Source: Eubacteriales bacterium
Lineage (GTDB): Bacteria > Bacillota > Clostridia > Oscillospirales > CAG-272
Direction: 5' to 3'
Assembly: GCA_045612465.1 (NCBI GenBank)
Contig: JAZKZC010000059.1
Location: 1 to 38,329 of the forward strand
Length of the DNA stretch: 38,329 nt
Position numbers and translations under genes: made by a program. Below, one piece after another: positions 7,894 through 17,759 of this stretch; the stretch's first letter is position 1, and each line of letters opens with the position of its first letter. The notes beneath the pieces are model-generated. The model ran no database searches. It was given only the letters and a program-made list of their open reading frames with translations, and was not told the origin of the DNA.

Positions 7894-8163
7894 TTATTTT
7901 GTCCCGTCCTTTTCTTTATTATGCAGATATTTGTTTTTTGTGGCAATTCCGCCTCTTATGTGACGCTCGGCTTTGTTTACGTTCAGCACCTCGCACACTT
8001 GTCCGTGAAGCGTTGGGTGTACGTATTTAAGACGCTCGGTAACGTCTTTATGTACCGTTGACTTCGAAACACCGAATTTTGCTGCGCATGTGCGCACCGT
8101 TTGCCCTGTTTCGGCAATGTACTGCCCTAAAATAACGCACCTTTCTTTTATGTCGTATTCCAT
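7894..8163 (-). CDS. spoIIID: Stage III sporulation protein D, mother-cell DNA-binding regulator
   Basis: 89 aa. The sequence IKERCVILGQYIAETGQTVRTCAAKFGVSKSTVHKDVTERL...RHIRGGIATK is a close match to the SpoIIID HTH family. Confidence 0.9.
   Translation of the reverse strand: MEYDIKERCVILGQYIAETGQTVRTCAAKFGVSKSTVHKDVTERLKYVHPTLHGQVCEVLNVNKAERHIRGGIATKNKYLHNKEKDGTK
7895..7924 (-). promoter_or_regulatory. Candidate forespore (sigma-G/F-like) promoter inside the 3' end of spoIIID
   Basis: The minus strand reads GCATA (7920-7924), an 18-nt spacer, then CAAAATA (7895-7901). My remembered consensus is GnATR-N18-CATnnTA, so this has one mismatch. It is a weak call from pattern matching only. Confidence 0.3.
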
Positions 8164-8299
8164 ATCCTTTACAACCTTTCAGTTCGTTTTGTAAAGTTTA
8201 TGCGACGGCATTTTTTTATATTCCGTTATTGTTTTCAAAATCCGCTTGAAATAGTAACGGCTGTTATGATACGATAAATAAAAAACTGTGAGGTGACCT

Positions 8300-9019
8300 A
8301 TGCATCCTTATATAAACATATTCGGCTTGAAATTTGCTTTATATGATATATTTGCGCTTGTCGGGCTCATAGTTCAGCATTTTGTTTTTATGTATGCCGT
8401 CAGAAAAAGAGGGGGACTTCCAAACTGTGCGCGTGAGGTACAGCTTATTTCCGTTTTCTTTGCCGCTGTCGGTATGAAGCTGCTTTACGCGCTTACAAGA
8501 TATGACCTCTGGGGAATTGCAACCCCCGACGTTATTTTCGGAGGCGGTGTTTTTTACGGAGGACTTATCGGCGCACTTATATCGGGAGTTGCCGTTTTAA
8601 AAATCAAAGGTGTTGAATTGTCACCGTATACCGACGGCGCGGCACTTGCCTTGCCGCTTTTTCACGCGTTCGGCAGAGTGGGGTGCTTTTTCTCCGGATG
8701 CTGTTACGGCAAAATTTCGGACTGCGGCTTTATTATAAACGGCGAAAAACGCTTTCCCGTACAGCTTTTAAGCGCAGGTTTGTTGCTTTGTCTGTTTTTT
8801 GTGCTGTTTGGTTTATTCCGAAAAAATATATTTAAAGGAAAACTTTTATACTTTTATCTCGGTGTATATGCCGTCGGCAGATTTTTCACGGAATTTCTGC
8901 GGGGGGATGAGATAAGGGGGAAAATATGGATTTTTTCTACATCACAGTTTATCAGTATCATCATACTGTTTATTGTGTCTGTGTTGCTTATCAGAAATAC
9001 AAAAGAAAACAAATGGTAA
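8300..9019 (+). CDS. lgt: Prolipoprotein diacylglyceryl transferase
   Basis: 239-aa polytopic membrane protein with the Lgt signature FGRVGCFFSGCCYG and a conserved PVQL. An RBS (gaggtga) precedes the ATG. Confidence 0.85.
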   Translation: MHPYINIFGLKFALYDIFALVGLIVQHFVFMYAVRKRGGLPNCAREVQLISVFFAAVGMKLLYALTRYDLWGIATPDVIFGGGVFYGGLIGALISGVAVLKIKGVELSPYTDGAALALPLFHAFGRVGCFFSGCCYGKISDCGFIINGEKRFPVQLLSAGLLLCLFFVLFGLFRKNIFKGKLLYFYLGVYAVGRFFTEFLRGDEIRGKIWIFSTSQFISIIILFIVSVLLIRNTKENKW

Positions 9020-9098
9020 ATTGTATTGTTTTTTGTTGACATTAAACGCGGTTTTATGGTATAAATATCACATACATATATTTAAGGAGAATTCTTGA

Positions 9099-11054
9099 AT
9101 GAAAAAGAAGATAATAACTGTACTGCTCACAGTAACGCTTTTGCTGTCGGCATTTGCTTCGTGTGCGGGCGATGGATCAGAGACGACAGATAATGCAAAT
9201 ACAACGGGTGATACGGCAGAGGTTGAAGGCGTAGGTGAGTATGATCCCGCGCTTGATGATTCCACCGTTAAACTGTATGAGTCGGGCGACTACACGGCGC
9301 TTACGGAAAATTATGCTTCCACAAGCTCGTGGGTAGTAACGGACGGACTTGACAGAACAGCCGCTACAAACAGCGAGGTCGGCGACCTAAAAGACGATAA
9401 GTTTGTCGCTGTGTTTTTCTCACCGTGGCACGGTACATTTGCAAATCAGTATGTTGCGTACAATAATCAGCAGATACTCGACACATATCCCGATATCGAC
9501 AAGAACGATTTTTATGACGAGCGTTGGGGAGATGACGGATACCATTTCTGGAATGAACCTATTTACGGCTATTATAGCCAGAAGGACGAATGGGTAATAA
9601 GACGTCAGGCGGAAATGCTTGCAGCCGCAGGTGTTGATGCTATCGTGTGCGATAACACAAACGGCACATTTACGTGGGCTGATACAATAAATCAGATGCT
9701 CAAGGTGTTCAACGATGCAAGAGCAGACGGCGTTGACGTTCCGCAGATAATTTTCCATTTGCCTTTCTTTGAACCCGATTCAACGGTTACTCAGGCAAAA
9801 GAGCTTTACAACAAGCTTTACTGCAGAGAACAGTATGCCGAGAACTGGTTTATGTGGGAGGAAAAACCTCTTATCATTGCTTTCCCCGAAGCATTTGATG
9901 CAGATGATGCAGAGGAAGCAAAGCTGCTTGAGTTTTTCACCTTTAGACGAGGACAGCCCGACTATCTTGAAAAGCAGCAGGTAGATGAACAGTGGGGTTG
10001 GCTCTCGATGTATCCTCAGGCGACATACAAGAAGATAAAACGTGACAGAAATAGCCCTGTTGAACAGATGGCTGTCGGCGTTGCGCAGAACCACGATTAT
10101 GTCGCAAAGCAACTGACTGCTATGAACGGCGAGAACGTAACGGGCAGAACATACACATCAAAGGGCTATGACACACGTGAAAACGCTGTGCTTTACGGCG
10201 CAAACTTTGCCGAGCAGTTTGAATATGCAATAGAACAATCTCCGCAATTTATTCTCGTATCGTGCTATAACGAATGGGTGGCGATAAGACAGTCCAATTG
10301 GTCGGACGTAAACAATGCCTTTGCCGATCAGTATAATGATGAATTCAGCCGTGATATTGAGCCTACAAAGGGTGCTTTGAAGGACCATTACTACTATCAG
10401 ATGGTTGACTACATCCGTAAGTTCAAGGGCGCTGACAAGGTAGAGGATGCGTCAAAACCCGTCAAGATAGACATAAACGGCGGATACGGTCAGTGGGCAG
10501 AGGTCGGTCCTCGATACATAAGCTATGCAGGCAATACGGCAAACAGAAATTCAAGAGGATATAAAGATCCCGAAACAATGCTTCCGATCCAGTATAAGGA
10601 TCAGTCGGGAAGAAATGACCTTTACGATTTCAAGGTTGCACGTGATAATGAAAATGTGTACTTTATGGCTCGCTGTGTTGAAAATATCACACCTTATACG
10701 GATGAAAAATGGATGCATCTGTATCTTGATGTGAATACGGGCGATGCGAATTGGGAAACATTTGATTATATACTCAACAAGCAGTCACCCAAGTCCGAAA
10801 CTGTTGCAGTGCTTGAAAAGTTCACGGGTAACGGCTTTGAAACAGAAGTTGTCGGCGACGTTGAATACAAAGTAAACGGAAACGTGATTATGGTGAAGAT
10901 ACCCAAAGCGCTTCTCGGTATATCATCAAGTGAATTTACTGTAAACTTCAAGTGGACGGATAACGTTCAGAACGAAGGCGATATTATGGATTTCTACGTA
11001 AGCGGTGACGTTGCACCCACGGGCAGATTCAAATATCAATATAACGCAAAATAA
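9099..11054 (+). CDS. Secreted lipoprotein, putative carbohydrate-active (glycoside-hydrolase-like TIM-barrel region plus C-terminal beta-sandwich); exact family not recognised
   Basis: Lipobox LLSAFASC follows the signal peptide. The central region (FFSPWHG...YHFWNEPIYGYYSQKDEWVIRRQAEMLAAAGVDAIVCDNTNG) resembles uncharacterised GH-like families. The TTGACA/TATAAA promoter and the RBS are good. Confidence 0.8.
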   Translation: MKKKIITVLLTVTLLLSAFASCAGDGSETTDNANTTGDTAEVEGVGEYDPALDDSTVKLYESGDYTALTENYASTSSWVVTDGLDRTAATNSEVGDLKDDKFVAVFFSPWHGTFANQYVAYNNQQILDTYPDIDKNDFYDERWGDDGYHFWNEPIYGYYSQKDEWVIRRQAEMLAAAGVDAIVCDNTNGTFTWADTINQMLKVFNDARADGVDVPQIIFHLPFFEPDSTVTQAKELYNKLYCREQYAENWFMWEEKPLIIAFPEAFDADDAEEAKLLEFFTFRRGQPDYLEKQQVDEQWGWLSMYPQATYKKIKRDRNSPVEQMAVGVAQNHDYVAKQLTAMNGENVTGRTYTSKGYDTRENAVLYGANFAEQFEYAIEQSPQFILVSCYNEWVAIRQSNWSDVNNAFADQYNDEFSRDIEPTKGALKDHYYYQMVDYIRKFKGADKVEDASKPVKIDINGGYGQWAEVGPRYISYAGNTANRNSRGYKDPETMLPIQYKDQSGRNDLYDFKVARDNENVYFMARCVENITPYTDEKWMHLYLDVNTGDANWETFDYILNKQSPKSETVAVLEKFTGNGFETEVVGDVEYKVNGNVIMVKIPKALLGISSSEFTVNFKWTDNVQNEGDIMDFYVSGDVAPTGRFKYQYNAK

Positions 11055-11121
11055 AAACGTATGGGCGACCTGCGGTTCATTCCGGACTGCGGCCGCCCAA
11101 AGTTATATAAAAGAGGGAACT

Positions 11122-12612
11122 ATGATAACTGTTTTGTCACGCGAGCAAATGAGAAAAAGTGATATATACACGGTGGAAAATATAACACCCGAAAGACAGC
11201 TTATACAAAAAGCCGCAGAGGCGCTGTTTTCATCGGTGAAATACGCACCGCCCGTGTGCGTTGTGTGCGGTGGCGGGAATAACGGTGCTGACGGTTTTGC
11301 CCTGTCACTTTTACTGAACAAAAGCAAAATTGATTGCGACGTGTGCCTCGTGTCTGAAAAGTTGTCGCAGGAGGGCGAATATTTTTTATCCGAATGTAAA
11401 ATGGAAAATATCCCCGTTTTACCGCTTGAATGCGTTGATATGTCACGCTACAAAACGGTTGTTGACTGTGTGCTCGGTACGGGGTTTTCGGGAGATATAC
11501 GCGGAAATGCCGAAAAAGCCGTCAAAATGATAAATGAATCGGGTGCCTACGTCGTGTCGGCTGATATAAACAGCGGTCTTGACAGTAACAACGGCAAAGG
11601 AAGCGTGTGTGTTATCTCCGACTTGACAGTTGCTCTCGGTGAATATAAATACGGTCACTTTCTTGCAGATGCAAAGGACGTTATGAAAGCGAAAAAAAGA
11701 TGTGACGTCGGCATAAAAGTAATTGAAAACGACACGTTTTTGATTGAAACAAAAGACGTCAGACGAATTTTCAAGGACAGAAAAAACAACAGCCACAAAG
11801 GTGTTTACGGATACGTGGCGGTTATCGGAGGAAGCGCCGAATACAGCGGTGCCGTGAAGCTTGCAAACATTTCAATGTGCGCTTTGCGCTCAGGGTGCGG
11901 CGTGTGCCGTCTTGCGGTCGGTGAAAATATATCAGATGCGGTGATGCCGTATCTGCTCGAAAGCACGCTATGCCCGTTGAAATGCGATGAAAAGGGACTT
12001 GTTTTCGATGAGGATTCCTTAAAAAATGCCATAACGGGCGCGCGGTGCGTGTCGTTCGGTATGGGTATAAAAACGGGTGATGCGCAAAAAAGGATGCTTG
12101 CGTATATTCTTGAAAATTACCGCGGCAGGCTGATAATTGATGCGGACGGCATAAATAATCTTGCAGATATGGGAAGCGAACATCTTTTGAAAACAAAAGC
12201 GGATGTGATAATGACTCCCCACGTGAAGGAATTTTCCCGTTTGTGCGGAAAAAGCTGTGAGGAGATACTGAATTTCCCCGTGAAGTGCGCAAAGGAATAT
12301 GCGGAAAAATACGGTGTGATACTTCTTTTAAAGGGAAGTGCCACTGTTATCACTGACGGCAAAACTGTTCACATAACCGACACGGGATGTCCCGGAATGG
12401 CGACTGCGGGAAGCGGAGATGTGCTTTCGGGAATACTGACGGGTATTATGGGATTTGCAAACGACGGGGAACTGCTTTTGGCAACGTCGTCGGGTGCATA
12501 TATAAACGGACTTTGCGGAGAGGCGGCTGAAGAAAAATTCACCTCGTACGGTATGACCTCGTCTGATACGGCAAGCTTTATACCGCAAATTCTCAAATCA
12601 TTCGATGTATGA
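11122..12612 (+). CDS. nnr: Bifunctional NAD(P)H-hydrate repair enzyme (YjeF_N epimerase + ADP-dependent dehydratase)
   Basis: Start moved to ATG 11122, which has GAGGGAA upstream. The N-terminal YjeF_N part has the VCGGGNNGADG motif. The C-terminal carbohydrate-kinase-like part has HKGVYG...GGSAEYSGA...GSGDVLSG. Confidence 0.85.
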   Translation: MITVLSREQMRKSDIYTVENITPERQLIQKAAEALFSSVKYAPPVCVVCGGGNNGADGFALSLLLNKSKIDCDVCLVSEKLSQEGEYFLSECKMENIPVLPLECVDMSRYKTVVDCVLGTGFSGDIRGNAEKAVKMINESGAYVVSADINSGLDSNNGKGSVCVISDLTVALGEYKYGHFLADAKDVMKAKKRCDVGIKVIENDTFLIETKDVRRIFKDRKNNSHKGVYGYVAVIGGSAEYSGAVKLANISMCALRSGCGVCRLAVGENISDAVMPYLLESTLCPLKCDEKGLVFDEDSLKNAITGARCVSFGMGIKTGDAQKRMLAYILENYRGRLIIDADGINNLADMGSEHLLKTKADVIMTPHVKEFSRLCGKSCEEILNFPVKCAKEYAEKYGVILLLKGSATVITDGKTVHITDTGCPGMATAGSGDVLSGILTGIMGFANDGELLLATSSGAYINGLCGEAAEEKFTSYGMTSSDTASFIPQILKSFDV

Positions 12613-12709
12613 TGATGAATTGTTTACGCTTTGAAAGGTTGTTTGTTAATATTTGTAATATATAATGGTACGTATCATTACTTATAACATCATTATATTG
12701 GGGTAAATT

Positions 12710-13570
12710 ATGAGCCTTTTTAAAAAAGTCTACAAATCCTTTGTCATCAGCGCGCTCGTTATTGCGGGTGCTCTTTCCGTGGCAAGGATATTCATTATGA
12801 ATTATTTTTACGAACCGAGTCTTCAGAATTATAAGACTACGACAAGTATGCCTACGCTTTACAGCATTTTGCTTATAATCTGCTGTGTTGCTTTGTTTTC
12901 GGTGTATTTCTTCATTAAACCGCCGAAAAAGAGCGCGGTCATACCTCAAAGCACTGTATCATCGCTTTTTGCATCGTCGCTTTGCGGATTCTTCTTCATT
13001 TCGTCGTTGTTCCTCGTTATTTATATAAACTTTGACTTTTTCACAGGCGGCGGTCTGAAACTGGCTTGGAGCAGAGGCGAAAAGATAGAGATAATATCGT
13101 TTATCTCAACTCTCGTTCTTTCACTTCCCGCCGCAGGCTTCTTCCTGAAAGCGGAATCTACAAAGAACGAAGACGATATGGCGGTGAAGGTGTTGTCGTT
13201 CTTCCCCGTGCTTTGGTGCATTTCGTACCTTATATACCTCTATTTTGAAAATTCCGTTGTAATAAACAATTCCGAAAAGATGTGCGCACAGCTTTCAGTC
13301 ATATTCCTTATGCTCTACCTCACGTCCGAGGCAAAGTACAGAATAACAAGACCGAAGCATCATTTGCACCTTGCGCTGTCGCTTGTAACTATCGTTGTGA
13401 CGGCGACGTACTGCATACCTAACCTTATACTCACGGTAATGCTCGTGCTTCCGTTCGATACGTTTTCCGTATACAGCGGTCTTCAAGTTGCACTTCTGCT
13501 TTACGCCGTTATAAGAACGTTCCAGTTCGCATCTCCCAAGGTGCCTGAAACTGCAGTGGAAAACGCTTAA
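12710..13570 (+). CDS. Polytopic membrane protein, function unknown
   Basis: 286 aa with about 8 hydrophobic segments. I recognise no motifs. A terminator follows. Confidence 0.7.
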   Translation: MSLFKKVYKSFVISALVIAGALSVARIFIMNYFYEPSLQNYKTTTSMPTLYSILLIICCVALFSVYFFIKPPKKSAVIPQSTVSSLFASSLCGFFFISSLFLVIYINFDFFTGGGLKLAWSRGEKIEIISFISTLVLSLPAAGFFLKAESTKNEDDMAVKVLSFFPVLWCISYLIYLYFENSVVINNSEKMCAQLSVIFLMLYLTSEAKYRITRPKHHLHLALSLVTIVVTATYCIPNLILTVMLVLPFDTFSVYSGLQVALLLYAVIRTFQFASPKVPETAVENA

Positions 13571-13594
13571 AAGCATTATACTTTCGCAATATCT

Positions 13595-13623
13595 AAAAAC
13601 CTTCCTTACAAAGGAGGGTTTTT
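13595..13623 (+). terminator. Rho-independent terminator
   Basis: aaaaaccttcctt-aca-aaggagggttttt followed by T-rich sequence. Confidence 0.7.
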
Positions 13624-13646
13624 GTGCTTTTAGGGTATATAAAATA

Positions 13647-13675
13647 TTGACATTTAAGGTATTTTTATGTATAAT
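13647..13675 (+). promoter_or_regulatory. Sigma-A promoter of the radical SAM operon
   Basis: TTGACA (13647-13652), a 17-nt spacer, then TATAAT (13670-13675). The ORF-track ATG at 13667 sits inside this promoter, so it is unlikely to be the start codon. Confidence 0.55.
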
Positions 13676-13711
13676 ATTATATGTAATAAATATAATCGGA
13701 GAAGTAGTGCT

Positions 13712-15577
13712 TTGAATCAGAAATATAACGTTGACGGTATTTTACGAAAGGTTTTGAAGCCCGGCAGATATACGGGCGGTGAATACGGTCAGATAATAAA
13801 AAACAAAGAAAACGTAAAGTGCAGATTTGCTTTTGCGTTTCCCGACACTTACGAAATAGGAATGTCGAATCTCGGCGTGCGTATTCTTTACGGTGCGCTC
13901 AATGCAAACGAAAATATCTGGTGTGAGCGTGTGTATGCCCCGTGGATGGATATGCAGGAGCAGATGAAAAAACACGGTATACCGCTTTATGCGCACGAAA
14001 GTATGGACCCCGTTTCGGAATTTGACATTCTCGGCTTTACACTTCAGTACGAGCTTTGTTATTCAACCGTTTTGAATATGCTTGAGCTTTCAGGTATGCC
14101 GCTTTACGCAAAGGACAGAGGCGAGGAATATCCGATAGTCATTGGCGGAGGCCCCTGCGCTTACAATGCGGAGCCTGTTGCTGACTTTTTCGACGTTTTT
14201 TCGATAGGAGAGGGCGAAGAAGCGCTCGTTGAATTTTGTGAGCTTTACATTAAAATGAAAGAGTCGGGCGATTATACCAAAGAGAAGTTTTTGCATGAAG
14301 CGGCAAAAATCGAGGGATTTTACGTTCCGTCTTTGTATGACGTTTCATATAATGACGACGGCACGGTGAAAGAGTATACTCCGAAGTATGACGATATACC
14401 GACGAAAATACGTAAGCGCATAATCAAAGACCTTGATAAAACGTATTTTCCCGAGCAGTTTGTTATGCCGTACATCGAGACGGTGCACGACAGAATAGTA
14501 CTTGAGGTGTACCGCGGTTGTCCCAGAGGCTGCCGTTTCTGTCAGGCGGGTATGATATACCGCCCTGCACGCGCAAAGTCACCCGACGTGCTGAACCGCG
14601 ACGCAAAAACGCTTTACGAAAACACGGGATATGATGAAATTTCGCTTTGCTCGCTTTCAATTTCGGACTATCCGCATATAAGAGAGCTGACAGACAAGCT
14701 GCTTGACTGGACAGATGATAAAATGGTCGGTCTTTCGCTTCCGTCAATGAGAGCGGACAGCTTCTCGCGTGAGCTTATGAAAAGGGTGTCATCCGTCCGC
14801 GCATCGGGCCTTACGTTTGCACCCGAAGCGGGAACACAAAGACTGCGTGATGCAATAAACAAAAATATCTGCGAAAAGGATATATTTGAAGCGTGCCGCG
14901 CCGCATTCGAGGGCGGACGCAATCAGGTGAAGCTGTACTTTATGTGCGGACTTCCCACGGAAACCGACGAGGATATTTTAGGAATTGAAAAGCTTGCAAA
15001 GGCTGTTGTCGATGAATATTATCAGACAGAAAACAGACCTAAAGGACGTCCTACGGTTACAATAAGCGTTGCTTGCTTCATACCGAAGCCGTTTACTCCT
15101 TTCCAATGGGACAGACAGGCAACGATGGAGGAGCTTGTTGAAAAGCAGAAGCTTCTTGCTGATGCCATTACCGACAGAAGCATAAAGTATAACTACCACG
15201 ATGCAAACGTCAGCAGGATAGAGGCGGTGTTTGCAAGAGGTGACAGACGTTTGTCGAAAGCTCTTGCAAAGGCATCGGAATACGGATTTAAATTTGATGC
15301 GTGGGACGAATGCTTTGACTATGACAAATGGTTGTCAGTATTTGAAGAATGCGGCATCGACCCGTCATTCTATGCGAACCGTGAGTTTGGCGAGGACGAG
15401 GTACTGCCGTGGGATATTATCGACTGCGGTGTATCAAAGGAATTTTTCCTGCGTGAGCGTCACAAGGCATATAACGATACCGTTACGGAAAACTGTATGA
15501 AATCGTGTGCCGCCTGCGGCGCAAATAAATTGGGAGGTGAATGCACATGGTGTCCGTCAACGAATACGAAAAAGTAA
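13712..15577 (+). CDS. B12-binding-domain radical SAM protein of the TIGR03960 type (function unknown)
   Basis: Contains the CxxxCxxC cluster motif YRGCPRGCRFCQAG and an N-terminal FAFPDTYEIGMSNLG region typical of this family. I propose the in-frame TTG at 13712, downstream of GGAGAAG, as the start. The start is uncertain; the frame and stop are firm. Confidence 0.8.
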   Translation: MNQKYNVDGILRKVLKPGRYTGGEYGQIIKNKENVKCRFAFAFPDTYEIGMSNLGVRILYGALNANENIWCERVYAPWMDMQEQMKKHGIPLYAHESMDPVSEFDILGFTLQYELCYSTVLNMLELSGMPLYAKDRGEEYPIVIGGGPCAYNAEPVADFFDVFSIGEGEEALVEFCELYIKMKESGDYTKEKFLHEAAKIEGFYVPSLYDVSYNDDGTVKEYTPKYDDIPTKIRKRIIKDLDKTYFPEQFVMPYIETVHDRIVLEVYRGCPRGCRFCQAGMIYRPARAKSPDVLNRDAKTLYENTGYDEISLCSLSISDYPHIRELTDKLLDWTDDKMVGLSLPSMRADSFSRELMKRVSSVRASGLTFAPEAGTQRLRDAINKNICEKDIFEACRAAFEGGRNQVKLYFMCGLPTETDEDILGIEKLAKAVVDEYYQTENRPKGRPTVTISVACFIPKPFTPFQWDRQATMEELVEKQKLLADAITDRSIKYNYHDANVSRIEAVFARGDRRLSKALAKASEYGFKFDAWDECFDYDKWLSVFEECGIDPSFYANREFGEDEVLPWDIIDCGVSKEFFLRERHKAYNDTVTENCMKSCAACGANKLGGECTWCPSTNTKK

Positions 15578-16242
15578 GACTGGAATTTTCCAAAACGGGC
15601 AGGGCAAAGTTCATTTCCCACCTTGATTTGAACAGAACGCTCCGCACGGCGTTCGTGAGAGCAAAGGTGGCGATATGGTTCACAAACGGATTCAACCCCC
15701 ACCCGAAGCTCGTATTTTCGCTTCCGCTTTCTCTCGGCGCGGAAAGCGTGTGCGAATTTCTTGATATAAGAGTGCTTCCGCCCGTAGATTACGAGAAAAT
15801 AAAGGAAAGCCTCAATAATAATCTTCCCGAAGATATACAGATAAAGCGAGTGTATAAGCCGAAAACGAAGCTTGAAGATCTGTGCTGGTCAAGATACACG
15901 TTCAGACTTTGGTTTAACGGTATGTCAGCGGAAAAAGCAGATGAGATACGTGAAATGCTTGAAAATCCGATGATAATTACGAAGCGTACAAAGAAAACCA
16001 AAAGCGGTCTTACGGATATTGATATTTTACCCGGAATCAAATCAAGTGACGTCAGCTTTGACGGGGAATGCGTAAAGATAACCGCCGATCTTGAATCGAG
16101 TGTTGACAATTATATAAATCCCGATTATATCATCCGCGCGCTTGCGAAATACAAAAATATTGATTTTGAGCAAAACGGTGAATACTATACCGTTATGAAA
16201 GAAATAACGTTTCGCAAGGATTGCAAGAAAGTATTTGAGTGA
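15547..16242 (+). CDS. TIGR03936/DUF2344-type radical-SAM-associated protein
   Basis: RLEFSKTGRAKFISHLDLNRTLRTAFVRA is the typical N-terminus of this family, which is normally adjacent or fused to TIGR03960. ATG 15547 lies 9 nt after GGAGG. The gene overlaps the upstream gene by 31 nt. Confidence 0.85.
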   Translation: MVSVNEYEKVRLEFSKTGRAKFISHLDLNRTLRTAFVRAKVAIWFTNGFNPHPKLVFSLPLSLGAESVCEFLDIRVLPPVDYEKIKESLNNNLPEDIQIKRVYKPKTKLEDLCWSRYTFRLWFNGMSAEKADEIREMLENPMIITKRTKKTKSGLTDIDILPGIKSSDVSFDGECVKITADLESSVDNYINPDYIIRALAKYKNIDFEQNGEYYTVMKEITFRKDCKKVFE

Positions 16243-16293
16243 TTTTTTTGCCGTGTATCGGCAGAATAAAACAAATCACTATTGAGGAAAATA

Positions 16294-17739
16294 ATGAATA
16301 AAATAAATTACACGTTGCTTTGCGATTTTTATGAGCTTACGATGAGCAACGGCTATTTTGAAAACGGTATGAAGGACAAGACCGTTTATTTCGACGTATT
16401 TTTCCGCAGAGTGCCCGACGGCGGAGGCTTTGCCATCGCCGCAGGACTTGAGCAGGTGGTAGAATACATCAAAAATCTCCATTTTGATGAAGAAGACATT
16501 GCATTTTTGAAAAGCAAGGGCCTGTTTTCGGAATCATTTTTGGAATATCTGCGTACGTTCAGCTTCAAGGGCGACATCTGGGCAGTTCCCGAGGGAACTC
16601 CCGTGTTCCCGAGAGAGCCTATAATGATGGTGCGCGGTAATGCAATCGAAGCACAGCTTATTGAAACATTTGTACTTTTGTCGCTGAACCATCAGTCGCT
16701 TATAGCTACCAAGGCAAGCCGTATCGTGCGTGCCGCAGGAGGCAGAGCGGTGTCGGAATTCGGCTCACGCAGGGCTCAGGGCGCTGACGGCGCGGTGCTC
16801 GGAGCAAGAGCGTCGTATATTGCAGGATGTAACGGAACGGCGTGCGTGCTTGCGGACGAAGCGTACGGCGTGCCGTCAGGCGGTACAATGGCTCATTCGT
16901 GGGTGCAGATGTTTGACACGGAATACGAAGCGTTTGAAACGTACTGCAAAACGTACAGTAAAAATGCAACGCTTCTCGTTGATACGTACAACGTTTTGAA
17001 AAGCGGTGTACCTAATGCAATAAAAGCGTTTGATAACGTCTACGGTAAGGATAACAAAGAGGTATCGCTTGCCATAAGGCTTGACAGCGGCGACATTGCG
17101 TATCTTTCAAGAAAAGCAAGAAAGATGCTTGATGATGCGGGATACAGCCACTGTAAAATAGTTGCTTCGAATTCACTTGATGAATATATCATCAGAGATT
17201 TGCTTAATCAGGGAGCGAAAATTGACATTTTCGGCGTCGGTGAAAGACTTATAACGTCAAAAAGTGAGCCCGTGTTCGGCGGTGTTTACAAGCTTTCCGC
17301 TGTGGAAAACGATGACGGCGAAATAGTGCCGAGAATAAAAATAAGCGAAAACCCCGAAAAAATAACGCATCCGCACTTCAAAAAGCTGTATAGGCTTTAT
17401 GAAAATGAGAGCGGCAAGGCGGCGGCAGACCTTCTGTGCGTACACGATGAAAACCCGGATTTTACAAAGCCGTATGAGCTTTTTGATCCGGATTACACGT
17501 GGAAACGCAAGATTCTGACGGACTATACCGCAAAGGAACTCCAGGTGCGTATATTCGAAAACGGCAAGTGCGTGTACGACCTGCCCGATATAGAGGAAAT
17601 ACGCAAATACTGCAATTCCCAGCTTGAAACGCTCTGGGATGAGGTAACGCGTTTTGAAAATCCCCATAACTACTATGTTGACTTGTCGCAAAAGCTGTGG
17701 GACGTCAAAAAAGCATTACTTGACAAAAACGGTAAATAA
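16294..17739 (+). CDS. pncB: Nicotinate phosphoribosyltransferase
   Basis: LLCDFYELTMSNGYF...SEFGSRRAQG...GGTMAHSWVQ are typical NAPRTase motifs. Start at ATG 16294, after GAGGAAA. Confidence 0.9.
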   Translation: MNKINYTLLCDFYELTMSNGYFENGMKDKTVYFDVFFRRVPDGGGFAIAAGLEQVVEYIKNLHFDEEDIAFLKSKGLFSESFLEYLRTFSFKGDIWAVPEGTPVFPREPIMMVRGNAIEAQLIETFVLLSLNHQSLIATKASRIVRAAGGRAVSEFGSRRAQGADGAVLGARASYIAGCNGTACVLADEAYGVPSGGTMAHSWVQMFDTEYEAFETYCKTYSKNATLLVDTYNVLKSGVPNAIKAFDNVYGKDNKEVSLAIRLDSGDIAYLSRKARKMLDDAGYSHCKIVASNSLDEYIIRDLLNQGAKIDIFGVGERLITSKSEPVFGGVYKLSAVENDDGEIVPRIKISENPEKITHPHFKKLYRLYENESGKAAADLLCVHDENPDFTKPYELFDPDYTWKRKILTDYTAKELQVRIFENGKCVYDLPDIEEIRKYCNSQLETLWDEVTRFENPHNYYVDLSQKLWDVKKALLDKNGK

Positions 17740-17759
17740 TACGAAGGGAAGATGATGAA

